A stretch of 64,000 nucleotides of DNA from Asterias rubens. Lineage: Eukaryota. The stretch is taken from assembly GCF_902459465.1 (NCBI RefSeq), contig NC_047074.1, positions 1,178,001-1,242,000 on the forward strand. Reading direction: 5' to 3'. Under the pieces are notes generated by a model. That model ran no database searches. It was not told where the DNA came from and saw only the letters and a list, made by a program, of their open reading frames with translations. The position numbers and the translations under genes are program-made. This document shows positions 1 through 12,760 of this stretch, in pieces; position 1 is the stretch's first letter; every line of letters starts with the position of its first letter.

Positions 1-1366
1 TTTCAAATTGCTTTCCTCGTGGTTTATGCTACTGTGTGTATTATATCAGGGTTAGCACATAGGATAGCTTGACATTTCACTAGTCTTTCAGCATTTTCAA
101 TCGTCCATATTATTTCAAAAGAAAATGGGGATTGTTTTTCAATACTTAACTAGGCAGCGGAACTATACACTTTGAGTCATTTTGGAGTCACTGTTCCTCA
201 CCATTTTCAGTTCATGCCGAGGGTGTAAGCCCAAAGCCGAAACAATATTATTTATCCCCGATGCAAATTTAACATCTAAATCGTTGCGGTATATACATGC
301 TGCTATCTTTTTTGAACGGACTAGTTCTGGCTACGATCTCGATGGCCATGTTGTTGGCGAAGGAGACTTCTGCTCTAGAATGGGTTCGAATCACACCGAG
401 TAATATGCCTGTGAATTGTTTCACAAAGCTCTTTAAAGATACTTGTCTGCTAAACACACCAAAAACAACTAGACAGTGTCATGAACCAGGCAATTTTCAG
501 TTAGATTGCTGTTGAAGACAAGCAGAGTATACTGTTCGAAACGTCGAGACCAAACCGGCTCTTTTCAGAGCCACCACTCCTGCAAAGGAGATTTTACTCA
601 TGGTTGTACCCGCAAGTTTACTATTCGTGTTTGTATTATAGTTACTCTTATTCTCTACACCGTGCAAAGCTTCAAACACCATTTAGACTTCAGTTAGCAG
701 AACATTTCTTATGTGTCGTCATGTGATAGTGAAAGGACTGTGAGTTAAAAAGAGAATTGTACAACTTCCGATTTGTCGCAAATAGAACGGATGGGTTTTT
801 ATCAAAATGGTAATCCGGTTTACCCAGACGACTGAGTGATAAGTTTGAGATCACAGAACAGCGATAGGACAAGCACAATGGTGAATTTGTGTCTGGTATC
901 TATGTCAATGAAAAAGTGTCTCTGTGGCAAACTTTGGCCAGTCAGTGAACTTGTGGATCCATGCTTTCACTGCGATTATTTGTATCGCGACTAGTGCTGT
1001 CGTTGACGTTGGTGTGTTGTTCAGTGTTCTTCGTTTTCTTCTTTTTTCTTACGAATATTGGTGTGACGTTGCACACATTTGAAAAGCGGTTAATACCAAA
1101 AAAAAATGTAAAAAGGTGCAAACAAATATGGAAGCAAAGTAACAATGCAATCCACAACACAAAAAACACACAGCACTGTGTTAAGTTGCAGTCACTCGGT
1201 GGACATTTCATTGTTCCTCAATTAAAGGGAAGGTACACGTTTGGTAGTTATTCAAAACAAGGCACGCAAGGAACGATACAGTGAGATTAATTAGTTCAAC
1301 CACTATCGCTATGTACAAAGCTTAAAACCAATTTCCACAAGATCAAATTTATGATCTACCACAGAC

Positions 1367-1896
1367 CCAGCAGCCGATTTAACGAAACGCTATAAAAGAT
1401 TAATCCTATCTCGAGTTAGGACGAGTAACCCGTCCTTAAAGGAACACGTTGCCTTGGATCGGATGAGTTGGTCTATAAAAAGCGTTTGTAACAATTTTTT
1501 GAATACAATGATCCACACAAGTTTGCCTTGAAATTGCGAGGTTTGCCTTTTACTGTGCGAACCAACACGGTCGGCCATTTATGGGAGTCAAAATTTTGAC
1601 TCCCATAAATGGCCGACCGTGTTAGTCGACGAGGTAAAAGGAAAACCGTGCAATTTCGAGGCATGTTTGTGTGGATCATTGTATTCTACTTTTACAACAT
1701 CTTTTTACCCATGTGCATTTCATAACAAACGGTTACACACGCTTTTCAAAGACCAACTCGACCGATCCAAGGCAACGTGTTCCTCTAAGGATGGGTTCAA
1801 TGCTTCATAACTTCCTTGGTTACAGAACTTAAACTCGTCCTATAGTCCTAAACTGAATCCTTAGTTTAGGACGAGTTTGGTGAAATCGACGGCTGG
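1367..1896. mobile_element. Nested MITEs: family B copy (1436-1788) inserted in a Harbinger-like MITE
   Basis: Outer ends CCAGCAGCCGATTTAAC / GTGAAATCGACGGCTGG with internal CTCGAGTTAGGACGAG, also seen at ~33000-33125 and 58318-58390. The inner element has family B TIRs. Confidence 0.75.
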
Positions 1897-3013
1897 TCCT
1901 CAAAATGAAACGCCACTAACTTCAAATGAACTTAGAGTGGAGGGAACAAAAAAACAAGCAGTTTGGACTGCGAAGTAAATATTGACACAATTTTGTGGTT
2001 CCAGTAAAAACAGAGCCCGCTATGAGTTTGTACTCACCCTAAGAACGCATCGACAGATGGCTCTGCCACCAGAGACACTCAACAACAAAATCCACCTCGC
2101 TCCTTCGACCTTCGTTTCTAAGCGATTTTCATTTGTCATTATCAAACGCCACTCCAAAGAGCCAATTATAATTTAAAGTGGAGCACCCATCTTGTGGGAA
2201 TTGACTTCTTCATCGCTCATTCAAATTCCAACGTGTTATTCGCGGGCATCGATTTCTATAGCTTTCCCGCAATGTTTTTTTATTTATTTTTTTTTTCAAA
2301 AGGTTGCGATTTTAAGGAATTTAAATGCGTCATGATTGAGTCTTCATTCATGTAAACAGTTTTAAATCTATGTTTGGATATTAAACATTATCTATTATTC
2401 AGTTTTTAAAATACACTTTATGTTGTTGTTGGAAGGGGCATCAAGACGGAAGGTTTGCGTTTCAGGTCATGGTTGCGTGCTGTGTTAAAATGCGTCTTGC
2501 GCGTTCTAGAAACAAGCTTTGTGCCCCCCCCCCCCTCAAAAAAAAAAAAATAAAAAATGAGGAAGGAAAATTACCCCGTAAAGTACTGAATTTACTAATG
2601 CAGAGTGATGATATTTGACGAAAGTGAAATTTCAAATAATTTTCGTGCAATCCTTCAAAAACTCAGAAGATGTTCAGATGTCTTCATGACTAGAAATACA
2701 GAACTACACGATAGAAACACTGGATTATTTCGTTCAAATTTTATTTTGGCGATTGATTTAGGGCCTAATTTTTTTTCCCAAGAAACTTGAAGGCTCAGGA
2801 GCTTAAAAGATTGTTGTAAAAACTTGTATAAACAACCATGTATAAATCACACTTATAATTATTCTGTATTTTATCATTTATTTGTTTGCTATTAGAAATT
2901 TTCGAAAAATTATAAAAACTATAAACTTAAGTTTTTTGTTGTAATAAAGACAAGGTGTTCTGATTGTCGTTCATTTGTTGTGTAACACATCCCAGTTTAA
3001 ATACATAAGGTTA

Positions 3014-3142
3014 GGCCGTGTCCGAAACGACGACTTCGGCTACAGCTACGACTAGATCAGCGCGTCTACCAGTGTTGAAGAATAGGCAGACGCGCGCGAT
3101 CTAGCCGTAGCTGTAGACGAAGTCGCCGTTTCGGACACGGCC
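3014..3142. mobile_element. Hairpin MITE with TTA target duplication (PIF/Harbinger-like)
   Basis: TTA|GGCCGTGTCCGAAACG...CGTTTCGGACACGGCC|TTA; arms ~55 bp. Confidence 0.85.
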
Positions 3143-3630
3143 TTAGTTTCACCTTGATGAGATCATGAACCTGCACCTTTATGGTGACGTCATGTGACGC
3201 TTGATTACGTCATCGTAGTGTGAACTATTTATGTGGATGTAACAAAATGGATGCTTGCTAAGTTTGAGCTTGATTATACCGAAGTTAAAGAAATGAAATA
3301 AACAACGTTGTGGTTGTCATTGATTTCGAACTCGGCGTGAAACTACAGACAAGACCCGAAAGTATTCGTCACGTGAAACTGACACCAGTGAGGTATACCT
3401 CCCCCTAGCTAATAATATCCTGTGCTGACATATGTTTCCAATCGATCAATCGGTGAATCTTCCGTCCATCCAAATCTCCCCTGAATGAACATTTCCTAAA
3501 TACAATCCTGCTTTGCTCATGTCAAGAATACCAGGGCATGTCTAGTCTTTCCTGATCACTCAGCATACTATTAGTTTCTTTCTTTGTGTGGTCAATCCTG
3601 AAGACAACTGTGTGTCGTTGACATTAAATG

Positions 3631-3940
3631 TTAAAGGCGCTGGACACTATTTGGTAATTGTAAAGGTCAGTATTCTCGCTTGGTGTTTCACAACATAATA
3701 AAATGCATTAAGTAACAAACTTGTGAACATTTGGATTCAATTGGTCATCGAAGTTGCACAGAGAATAATGCACAAAAGTGTGCTTTCAGATATCCAAAAG
3801 GCTTCAGGCCTGAAGTCTTAGCTGTACTGCGAAGAAGAAATTACCTCTTTATCAAGTTACGTTACTTCGGAGGGAGCTATTTCTCACAATGTTTTATCAT
3901 CAACAACTCTCCATTACTCGTTACCAAGTAAGTTTTTATG
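3631..3940. mobile_element. Family A MITE, degraded/truncated
   Basis: Left TIR TTAAAGGCGCTGGACACTAT plus matching internal sequence; right TIR missing. Confidence 0.7.
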
Positions 3941-4828
3941 ACGACAGTGAAAAGGCTTAGCGGACTACGGTTTTGTTCCAGATCCAACCTAAAAGATATT
4001 GTTTAAAAAAAGGATCCGATTTGTGGGGTCCATGCTACTGTTCTATTTCCCCCTTTCTCCAAAGAACTCCTTTATGGGGTACATGATGAACAAAGAATTC
4101 CTTTTTGTTCCCCACTGTGTAGAAGACCATGCCCGGGCACTCCCATAAGCTAACACAAACCATGGAGGTTTAAATTTCTATACACCTCCATGCTCAAACA
4201 CACATTTTGCTAATCCAGTGAAAGCTTAAATTCCGTTGTTATTCCATTGTTTGACGTTTCCATTGCTTGAACTTTGTCCCAATAATACCGGCGAGTTATC
4301 AGTTGTCCAACAGCGGGTATTTTTGTTGTTGAATACTGTGTTTCGTATTTTGAGTCCTGAAACACAACACCGGTTTCCCCCTTCCCAAGGTAGAGAGCCT
4401 AGAGGCCTTCCTAAACATTTTTGTCAAGATGTAACAAGGGGGGGAGGGTCATATCCCCCTAGGGTTCAATAAAACATTCCATCTAGTTACCCAAATCATC
4501 CCCCTATAACCTCCAGAGTGTCATATTCAGTTTGTAAACATGTCCGGGGTTTTGTCCTCTGCGGAGCCGGTTGGCTAAGGGGTCCTTGTCGGCACTCCAT
4601 ACCCCCGGAAGAATGCTTGCTCATCGTGCCAATTATGTCTCGATCATCTTTGAAGTTGTTGCGCGTTCATCATAAAAATGTCATCAGTCACATCCTGGGG
4701 CGAAGGGGTTACATATTTGGCAAAGTCAGACGTGCTTCGTTTTATGGTTATAAAAAAATGTATGGATTTATAAAGCGCACATTCTAAAATGTAGCGCTTG
4801 AACTATTTTAATGAAAACAATAAATGCA

Positions 4829-5172
4829 ATAAAAGCGCTGGACACGGTTTGGTAATTGTCAGAGACCAGTATTATCACTTGGGGTATTATAACATGATGC
4901 ATAAGATAACAAATCTGTGAAAATTATTGATCCAACGGTCATCGAAGTTTCAAGAAAATCATGACAGAAAAAAAAACTCCCTTCATTCACAAATGTGCTT
5001 TCAGACGCCTGAAAAGGGCTTCAGGCCAGAAATCTAAAATTCTCAAACTCTAATAATTTATTGAGAAACTACTCTTCTAAAAAAAAAAATAACATACAAA
5101 ACTGCTCTCCGTTGCTCGTTTCAAGTAAGTTTAATATGCTTGTATAATTCCAAATGTGTCCAGTCCCTTTAA
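4829..5172. mobile_element. Family A MITE, degraded
   Basis: GCGCTGGACAC...GTGTCCAGTCCCTTTAA termini with family internal sequence. Confidence 0.72.
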
Positions 5173-6117
5173 CTGGGTCAATCGTTGCCTCTATGGACGG
5201 TCAACCCCAGCTCTATGGTCAAACCATAGAGTATGGTCAAACCATGCATCTCCATGGTCAAACTGACCAGCAATGCAGTGTCACATTGCACTTGAGTTAT
5301 TATAATATGGACGCAACTGACCGGGAAAATTAATTATCCACTAAAAATTCAGGACATTTTGACCTAGATTCTGGGCAAATCAATTACGCAGTTAAATCTT
5401 AGGTGCCAAAAGAAACAACTCCCATTTCAAAATGTTAGTTTTATGATTATAATTCCTGATATTGAAGTCATTGAGTATAGCTCAATGTTGAAACTATGTT
5501 GTTATATAAAATAGTTCACGTATAATAAAACAATTCTCTTCGCTGAAAGCGCACTCTATCTGCGCTCCTCTACCCTATAAGTTGGTCAATTGTGCACCAT
5601 TTTATTTTGTGCACCCCTAAAACGTATAGTCTACGGTGAGGTCAACATTTTGTTTAACTAAAAGCCAAAGTACTTTTCTTACCAGCCAAATAGAGACGGT
5701 ACAGAAAAGCAAGTCAATTTAACGCTGTGCTTACAACCAATTAGTATAAATCGTAAATCATACTGTATTCCACAGAGACGATCTGCCGTAGAGCAAGAAA
5801 CCGCTATTTCGAACACAATAAATTTGATGATTTTTTTTTCAATAAAATGGATATTCCTTATGCGTAGTAACTTTTAAATTCCTGCTTATCGAAAGGGGGT
5901 TAATCCCCCAATAGCTTGTGATTTCCCGTAAACCATAGGCCTATAGGCAAGAATAAGTCTTGTCGTCTAGTTTCTGAAGCACAATTTCTTGATTTGTGCA
6001 ATTCATTTTCATATACGTAAAAACAAATTTTTGTATGAGAGATATTGGCTGTTGTCAGCTTGATGTTTTTACCTCATTGTGGAAGTTTGCCGAGCTCCCT
6101 TGACGGAAAGATCATCT

Positions 6118-6178
6118 AAACAACCAAACAAACAAACAAACAAACAAACAAACAAACAAACAAACAAACAAACAAACA
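6118..6178 (+). repeat. (CAAA)n microsatellite
   Basis: About 14 tandem CAAA units. Confidence 0.97.
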
Positions 6179-6183
6179 CAACC

Positions 6184-6561
6184 TTAAAGGCAGTGGACAC
6201 TATATTGGTATATTATTACTCAAAATAATTATTAGCATAAAACCTTACTTAATAACGAGTGATGTGGGAAAGGTTGGTAAAATATAAAACATTGTGAGAA
6301 ACGGCTCCCTCCTGAAGTGGAGTAGTTTTCGATGAATTTGATTTCGAGACCTCAGAATTAGATTTTGAGGTCTCGAAATCAAGCATCTGATAGCACACAA
6401 CTTCGTGTGACAAGGGTGTTTTTCTTCCAAATTATTATCTCGTGACTTCGACGACCAATTGAGCTCAAGTTTTCACAGGTTTGTCATGTTATGCATTGTT
6501 TAGATACACCAAGTGAGAAGACTGGTATTTGACAATTATCAATAGTGTCCAGTGTCTTTAA
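6184..6561. mobile_element. ~380-bp TTAA-flanked MITE, family A (Kolobok/T2-like)
   Basis: TIR TTAAAGGCAGTGGACACTAT / ATAGTGTCCAGTGTCTTTAA; internal hairpin TTTCGAGACCTC..GAGGTCTCGAAA. TTAA targets with purine-purine termini are characteristic of Kolobok/T2 rather than piggyBac (CC termini). Confidence 0.85.
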
Positions 6562-6941
6562 AGACAGTGGACACTATTGGTAATTGTCAAAGACTAGTCT
6601 TCACAGTTGGTGTATTTCAACATGCATAAAATAACAAACCTGTGAAAATTTGAGCTCAATCGGTCGTTGAATTTGCGAGATAATAATGAAAGAAAAAAAC
6701 ACCCTTGTCACACGAAGTTGTGTGCTTTCCGATGCTTGATTTCGGACCTCAAATTCTAAACTTGAGGTCTCGAAATCAAATTCGTGGAAAATTACTTCTT
6801 TCTCGAAAACTACGTCACCTCAGAGGGAGCTGTTTCTCACATTGTTTTATACCATCAATCTCTCCCCATTACATGTAATCAAGAAAGATTTTATGATGAT
6901 AAATATGTTGAGTAATTACCAATAGTGTCCACTGCCTTTAA
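6558..6941. mobile_element. Family A MITE, inverted relative to 6184-6561 and sharing its TTAA
   Basis: Begins TTAAAGACAGTGGACACTATTGGTAATTGTCAAAGAC and ends AATAGTGTCCACTGCCTTTAA. Confidence 0.87.
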
Positions 6942-9520
6942 ACAACATTGTAGCTGGGACTGTATGTTTGCGGCCGCGGCGAAAACAGTGGCGGACATGG
7001 CAGCTCAGTACTGAAATTAGAATTACTAACTACCTCCATGTGAGGTGGGAATACCTTGACAGGTTAGCGAAGCAGGTGGCACCCTAAGACTAATTGATTA
7101 GCTACATCATTAAATTAATTGGCCGTCCATGTACAGTGGTGCTTAGACTGAAAACCACAAGGGGCGCGTAAAAGACGAATGGCCATCACGACTATCGTGT
7201 AAACCCAAATGTACACAAATAATGCTCGCTCGTAAGAGCCACGCGCGCACGTTCCGTTTTTCTTTATTAGTCATTACGGGTTGGCAGTAAACATTTAATT
7301 GCTTTTTTTTTCTGTTTGGCTTATATTCAAGGATTTTGAGTTCCAGAGACATCTATCTTAGGATAGGGAAAATCTGGGTCATTTCTCTAAGATTAAAGTA
7401 GCATAGCCAAGTCTCCCGAAAAAAAGTTTTTTATTATTTTATTGTTTTTAATTATTGTTCGGCATATTTCTTTATTTAAAGTAGGTGCAGAGACTCTAAG
7501 TAAAAAAAAAAAAAAAAACCGGTTTAAAACTAAAAACAAAAATACAATAATAAAACAACATCAACCACAACAACACAACATCAAAGTCGGGGTTGTAGGG
7601 TGGTAAGCAAACAATGATAAATAAATAAAGTTGTCACTATGGTGTTCGGTATAAGTTAAAAACAATAGTTAAATAAATAGTGTAGTCGCAAAATTAAATG
7701 AATATTAGTGTTGGATCACTAAAAACAATGAATACACACAACTTGGACATCACACACATTTTAAAAAATTCTATGACATTCATGTTTTAAAATTGGCTCA
7801 AATTATGAGACACAAATAATATATGAGACATTGGCCTACCTTAGAACAATAAGTACCTCCTCAGCCTACAGTTCCAGTCTCCAGTTCCAACTGCAGTTGA
7901 ACTATCAATTAATCCCTTTTATCACATCGGAAATAATTCCACTTCAGACAAACAACACCTTGCAACCTGATACCATTGTTCATCGTCAAAGGGTATCATT
8001 CAATATCTGATGATTGATAGCTAGCGATTTTTACCAGTTGGTTTAATACCAGGCACACGCTAAAGAAAAAGCACACAACTGTTATCAACAGTGCATTCTG
8101 TGTATCAGTTATCAGTACCTCTGTCCCTTGGTGACAACGATGTGATAGTCACCCCAGTGGTTGCATCATCATCCACACAGACAACAAAATTGCAGAGTTG
8201 TAGATGTAGCCTTGTCAGAAAATAAACCACCTGAAATAAACCACAGCTTGCCGATAAAAGAAGTAACAAAAACACCGGGACTCCGAACTTCAGCCGTGAT
8301 CCAACAGTCTCTGCCAACCGCGAAATATGAGGATTCGACGGCAGTGCGATCTGGAATTCATCGCGTGAGGAAAGAAACAAACAGCGTGCCGTTCACTGCG
8401 GATCTCTGGAGGTGATTGAATGTTCGTCGAACGTGCGGGAGAGTTCATGACCTTTACCTTAGCGAGAGGGCCCAAGACCTGTCTGTGAAACTTGAAGCGT
8501 TATTTGACAGGTCACCCAAATAACATGACGTGTACCTGTATTTTAGTACCCCGGGGGGGGGGGGGGGGATGACTCTCGTATACGCACTTTTGAAGAGAGG
8601 TTGCAAGGCGTACCAAATAACGGTTTGAAAACCTGTTATCTCTGCTGGCTTAATTATTTTGTGTATGGTTTTATACTCGATGTAAATGGGGGATTTTTTT
8701 TTTATGTTGGCGCCTGAAACCATATCTTTCAATTCAGCTAATGTATGTACTGCAAGGCAACTTCTAGCTAAGCAAGGCTGAATACCGAATCTGAGATCGT
8801 ACATGTTGCCGGTTTCTACTCAGAAAGAGTATTTCTCTTAGTGTGATTTTTTTCTTCGTCTTTTATGTGCTGAACTTGAAGTCCGATTGGCCCCTGAAAC
8901 TTTACCCTTTCAATTGGGCTAATGTATGAAAACCCGGCGCTTCTCTTGAAAGTGGATACCTCTAGCAACATCCCCGTCAATATGCTTGCAATTTAGTCTT
9001 GTCTGAAGTGAAAAGACGCGTTTCCTCAATAATCCACCCCCCCCCCCCCCAATATGTTCAAACCTTTACTTGTTGGCCACCGTGCGTCCCAACAGACTCT
9101 TCTGGTGACGCATGATAACCTGAAGTTTCATCCAGAGAGACGTTCTGTCAATCAAAATCTCATTAAATTAAAGGGGTCTTTAAAGGAAAAGTAAACTTTT
9201 GGTTGTGTTTAACTATTAATTGATTTGTTTAATACCAATACAAATGTTGATGTAGGGCATAAAAAGGTTTACTAACACGTGAGAAAATTCACTTAAAAAG
9301 AAGGTAACGTTTTTGAGATATCGCCGGAGCGAATAATTAAATATGAAGAATAATGATCCCTGTTAGGAATACACAATATGAGAATCGTTTTTGTGGTAAT
9401 GCTTCTCAGATTCAATATTTGTGGCATATTTTCTTTTGTGGCATAGGTTATCTAGATACCACATTACTTTGAATTGAATGGCTCCCAAAATGTTGTATAC
9501 TACCAAACGCTGCTGTAGGC

Positions 9521-9897
9521 TTAAAGGCAGTGGACAATATTGGTAATTACTCAAAATATTTATTAGCATAAACCTTACTTGGAAACGAGTAATGGGGAGC
9601 TGTTGATAGTATAAAACATTGTAAGAAACGGCTCTCTCTGAAGTAACGTAGGTTTTCAGAAAGAATTAATTTTCCACGAATTTGGTTTGGAGACCTCATA
9701 TCGAGCTATCGAAATCAAGCATCGAAAGCACACAGCTTCGTGTGACAAGGGTGTTTTTTGTTTCATTATTATCTCGCAACTTCGATAACTAATTGAGCTC
9801 AAATTTACACAGGTTTGTTATTTTATTCATATGTTGAGATACAACAAGTGAGAAGACTGGTCTTGGACAATTACCAATAGTGTCCCGTGTCTTTTAC
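9521..9897. mobile_element. Family A MITE
   Basis: TTAAAGGCAGTGGACAATATTGGTAATTACTC...TTACCAATAGTGTCCCGTGTCTTTTA. Confidence 0.83.
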
Positions 9898-12069
9898 CAA
9901 TGGTTTTTACAGCCGTTTATTTTAAGAGTAATTGCCAAACGGATACCTTCCCTTTAAGCTGTAGCTGACAGATATCTTTGTCTGAGATTGTTGTGTCTAC
10001 AGAAAAGGTTCCTGCATGTTTCAATTTCTACGGACGTTTTGACTTCTCAAAAACATGTCTTGTAATACTATTACCTTTCGCATAATTTTATTTAACAACT
10101 ATTATTATTTTATCTTGAACAATTTCACAACAAAGACTTTGAAAGACCAAGAAACTAGAGTTTATTATTTGCATAATTTGGTGAATTTCTCTAAACACTT
10201 TGCGCAACAGGTCAAGTAGTTAAAAATGTGTGTATAATCTGCTTCCACAATGGCAATCAATACAATGGACAGTAAATACCGCGACACGACACCCTCTGTA
10301 TGAAATTTACGGTCTACTAACAGTAGGCCCTACCCAACGAGCAAAGTTCCCACACAGCAACAAATAGCCCTATATCAGAAACTCTATACCACTGGCGGAA
10401 ATTAAATCACTTTAAACGCTAATCATGTCAACTCTGGAAAAATTAAACAAATATTGCCTTACCGAAGCAATTTCCTCGGAGGAAGTATTGGAACTACGCG
10501 ACCTTAGATATTAGTCCTTTTGGAAATGTTGTTTGGGCTATTCCCTTGCGACCTATATATTTCTGTCAGTAAACGGTGTGTCATTTCACTGCGCTGTTTT
10601 CTTTGGGCCAATGGTTGTCATAACTTTGCTGCAAAGGGGTGTTTCTCTGCGCATGTGGCATTCCAATAATCATAAAACAGTTGTTGGCTGCGCGTGTGGG
10701 ATTCAAACAATAATAAAACAGTCGTAGAAATATAATTCCTTTTTAAGTTCTTGGCGAGGTGTCTTGCAGTTAACTTTAGTTTGTTTTGGTATAAACAAAT
10801 GCAACCTCTAACACAAACACATGTGACTGATATACCTTGTGTTAGAAAACAAAAATTGTGTTATTCGGTTGCTGTTGCCAGGGTATGGCAGTACCTTCTT
10901 ATTTTCACCCAGTGATGCAGCCACCACGAGTTATTTTTTGTGGGTGCAGGGAGAGTAATTGCGCTGTTATAACAAGCCCTGTCCCCTGGGGGCCCACTGT
11001 CAAACAACAACTTAGCCTTTTACACCCTATGAACCTGATCTGGGTAACAGGACTATTACACTTCGACCCCACGGTCGTGATACTTTGGAACTCGATACGG
11101 GGAACAAGTTTGTGTTTTAGGCGGGAAGATCAGGAACATGACCTTGTTGAAACTTGACAAGCTCACACGACACTGTTACCGTGGCTTTTGGTGTTCGATA
11201 TTTGGCATGGTGTACCCCCCGGCCCAGTTTGTCGTTGTGTCTTCATTTAGTTCTTGCAAGACACCACGGGAAGTCTTTCCAGTGTTTTTTAGAGGGGTGC
11301 TTCTGTACAAGAAAAAAAAAGTGTGCTAAGCATGAGGAAGGAACATGGTAACAGTATAATTATGGGCACATTTGGAGGCCGAATGGACACGTGCCAGCCA
11401 GATATTGAGCATGGTATCAATTATAGTTACTGGTCCGTGAGGTGTCGTATCACCGGGCCGGTGTGGCAGGAGATTATGTCTCTCCAGAGATTCTGTCCCC
11501 ACATGGCGAACTGTGTATACATTTCTTCTGATAGCGCCCTCTTTTGAATCATCCTCCTTCAGCCCATGTTAATTTCCCCAGTGGAAGACAAAGTCTCCAT
11601 GAAACAGATTTTGTCTTAAATCAAGTGAAGAATTATATTCTGAATCATTTCAACAGAGGGCTCCCTTTACGCAAATCCCCTATAGTGGCTCATTTTTTTT
11701 TTTTTTTAGATTACTTTATTATTAATGAAAGCAGGAACGAACATCATTCATTTACATTTATAAAACGCGGATCAATCCTGACCCTAGGAAGATTCTGCGA
11801 CATTACATTTGTGTTGCAGCTAGTGACCTGTTTTCCTGGTCAAATAAGTGGAACGGGTCATGGTGACCCTAAAACGGGTCAATATGACTCGAACATATAC
11901 AGCCTACACTGATCTTTGATTTGATAACTGACCCCTGACTCCGTGGGCACAAAACGGCACATTGTGATAATATGAAAGAAAAATATATGAAAACATGTTC
12001 AATTTACTAAAAGATCACTAATAGAAAGATGTCTCAATAGTAATTATATACATTTACGAAAAAGTACAC

Positions 12070-12224
12070 AATGGGAGACTTTTGAACGCTGGGTGGCAGC
12101 AGACTTACCAGGTACACTTTTATTGTCTATGCCATTCTGAGCATGGTCACACTTCCAAGAGCACGATGAAATTATTTTCCTGGTGATTCTGCTGCCACCT
12201 AGAGTTCCCTAAAAGTCTCCCATT
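12070..12224. mobile_element. Hairpin MITE downstream of the Wnt11 stop codon
   Basis: AATGGGAGACTTTT..GGTGGCAGCAGA / TCTGCTGCCACC..AAAAGTCTCCCATT. Confidence 0.78.
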
Positions 12225-12760
12225 ATTCTTCATTTGGAAAATAATTGAATCCAGTGGTTATTATAGTATTCTTATTTTATGCTCTTATGTACAATTTTCC
12301 ATACCGGGAGACTTAAGCGTAGTATAGAAGGGGGTCTAACTCAAAACCATCTTGAAATTAAATTGACAAGTTTCAAGCGAGGCCGATGCCAATGGTTTGA
12401 GTTCCTGTCGTTAACCTTGGAGTGTAATTAAACATGATGGTTAACTGGAATTGCTACCCGCACTCAAGAGTGGGTACATGTGACGGCAGAGTTGGTTCAC
12501 GTGGTCGATTTAACTTGACGGGCTACTTCTTGGTAGCACAGGCTTTAAACTCCCTAACCTAGTACACATGCATATATAGCGGCAAAACAAGATGTATCTT
12601 GTCAGCATAACGAGGTTTTGTTTCAAGTGCAAGGAGCTTGGATGGTGGAATGGCGGCTCAGTGACCAAGAGTAAGAATGTTTTAGCGTCAAGAGCATAAC
12701 TGAGTCATGGATTTGAGCGTCATTTAAGATCTATCATTTTATTTACGTCTTGTTTCAAGA

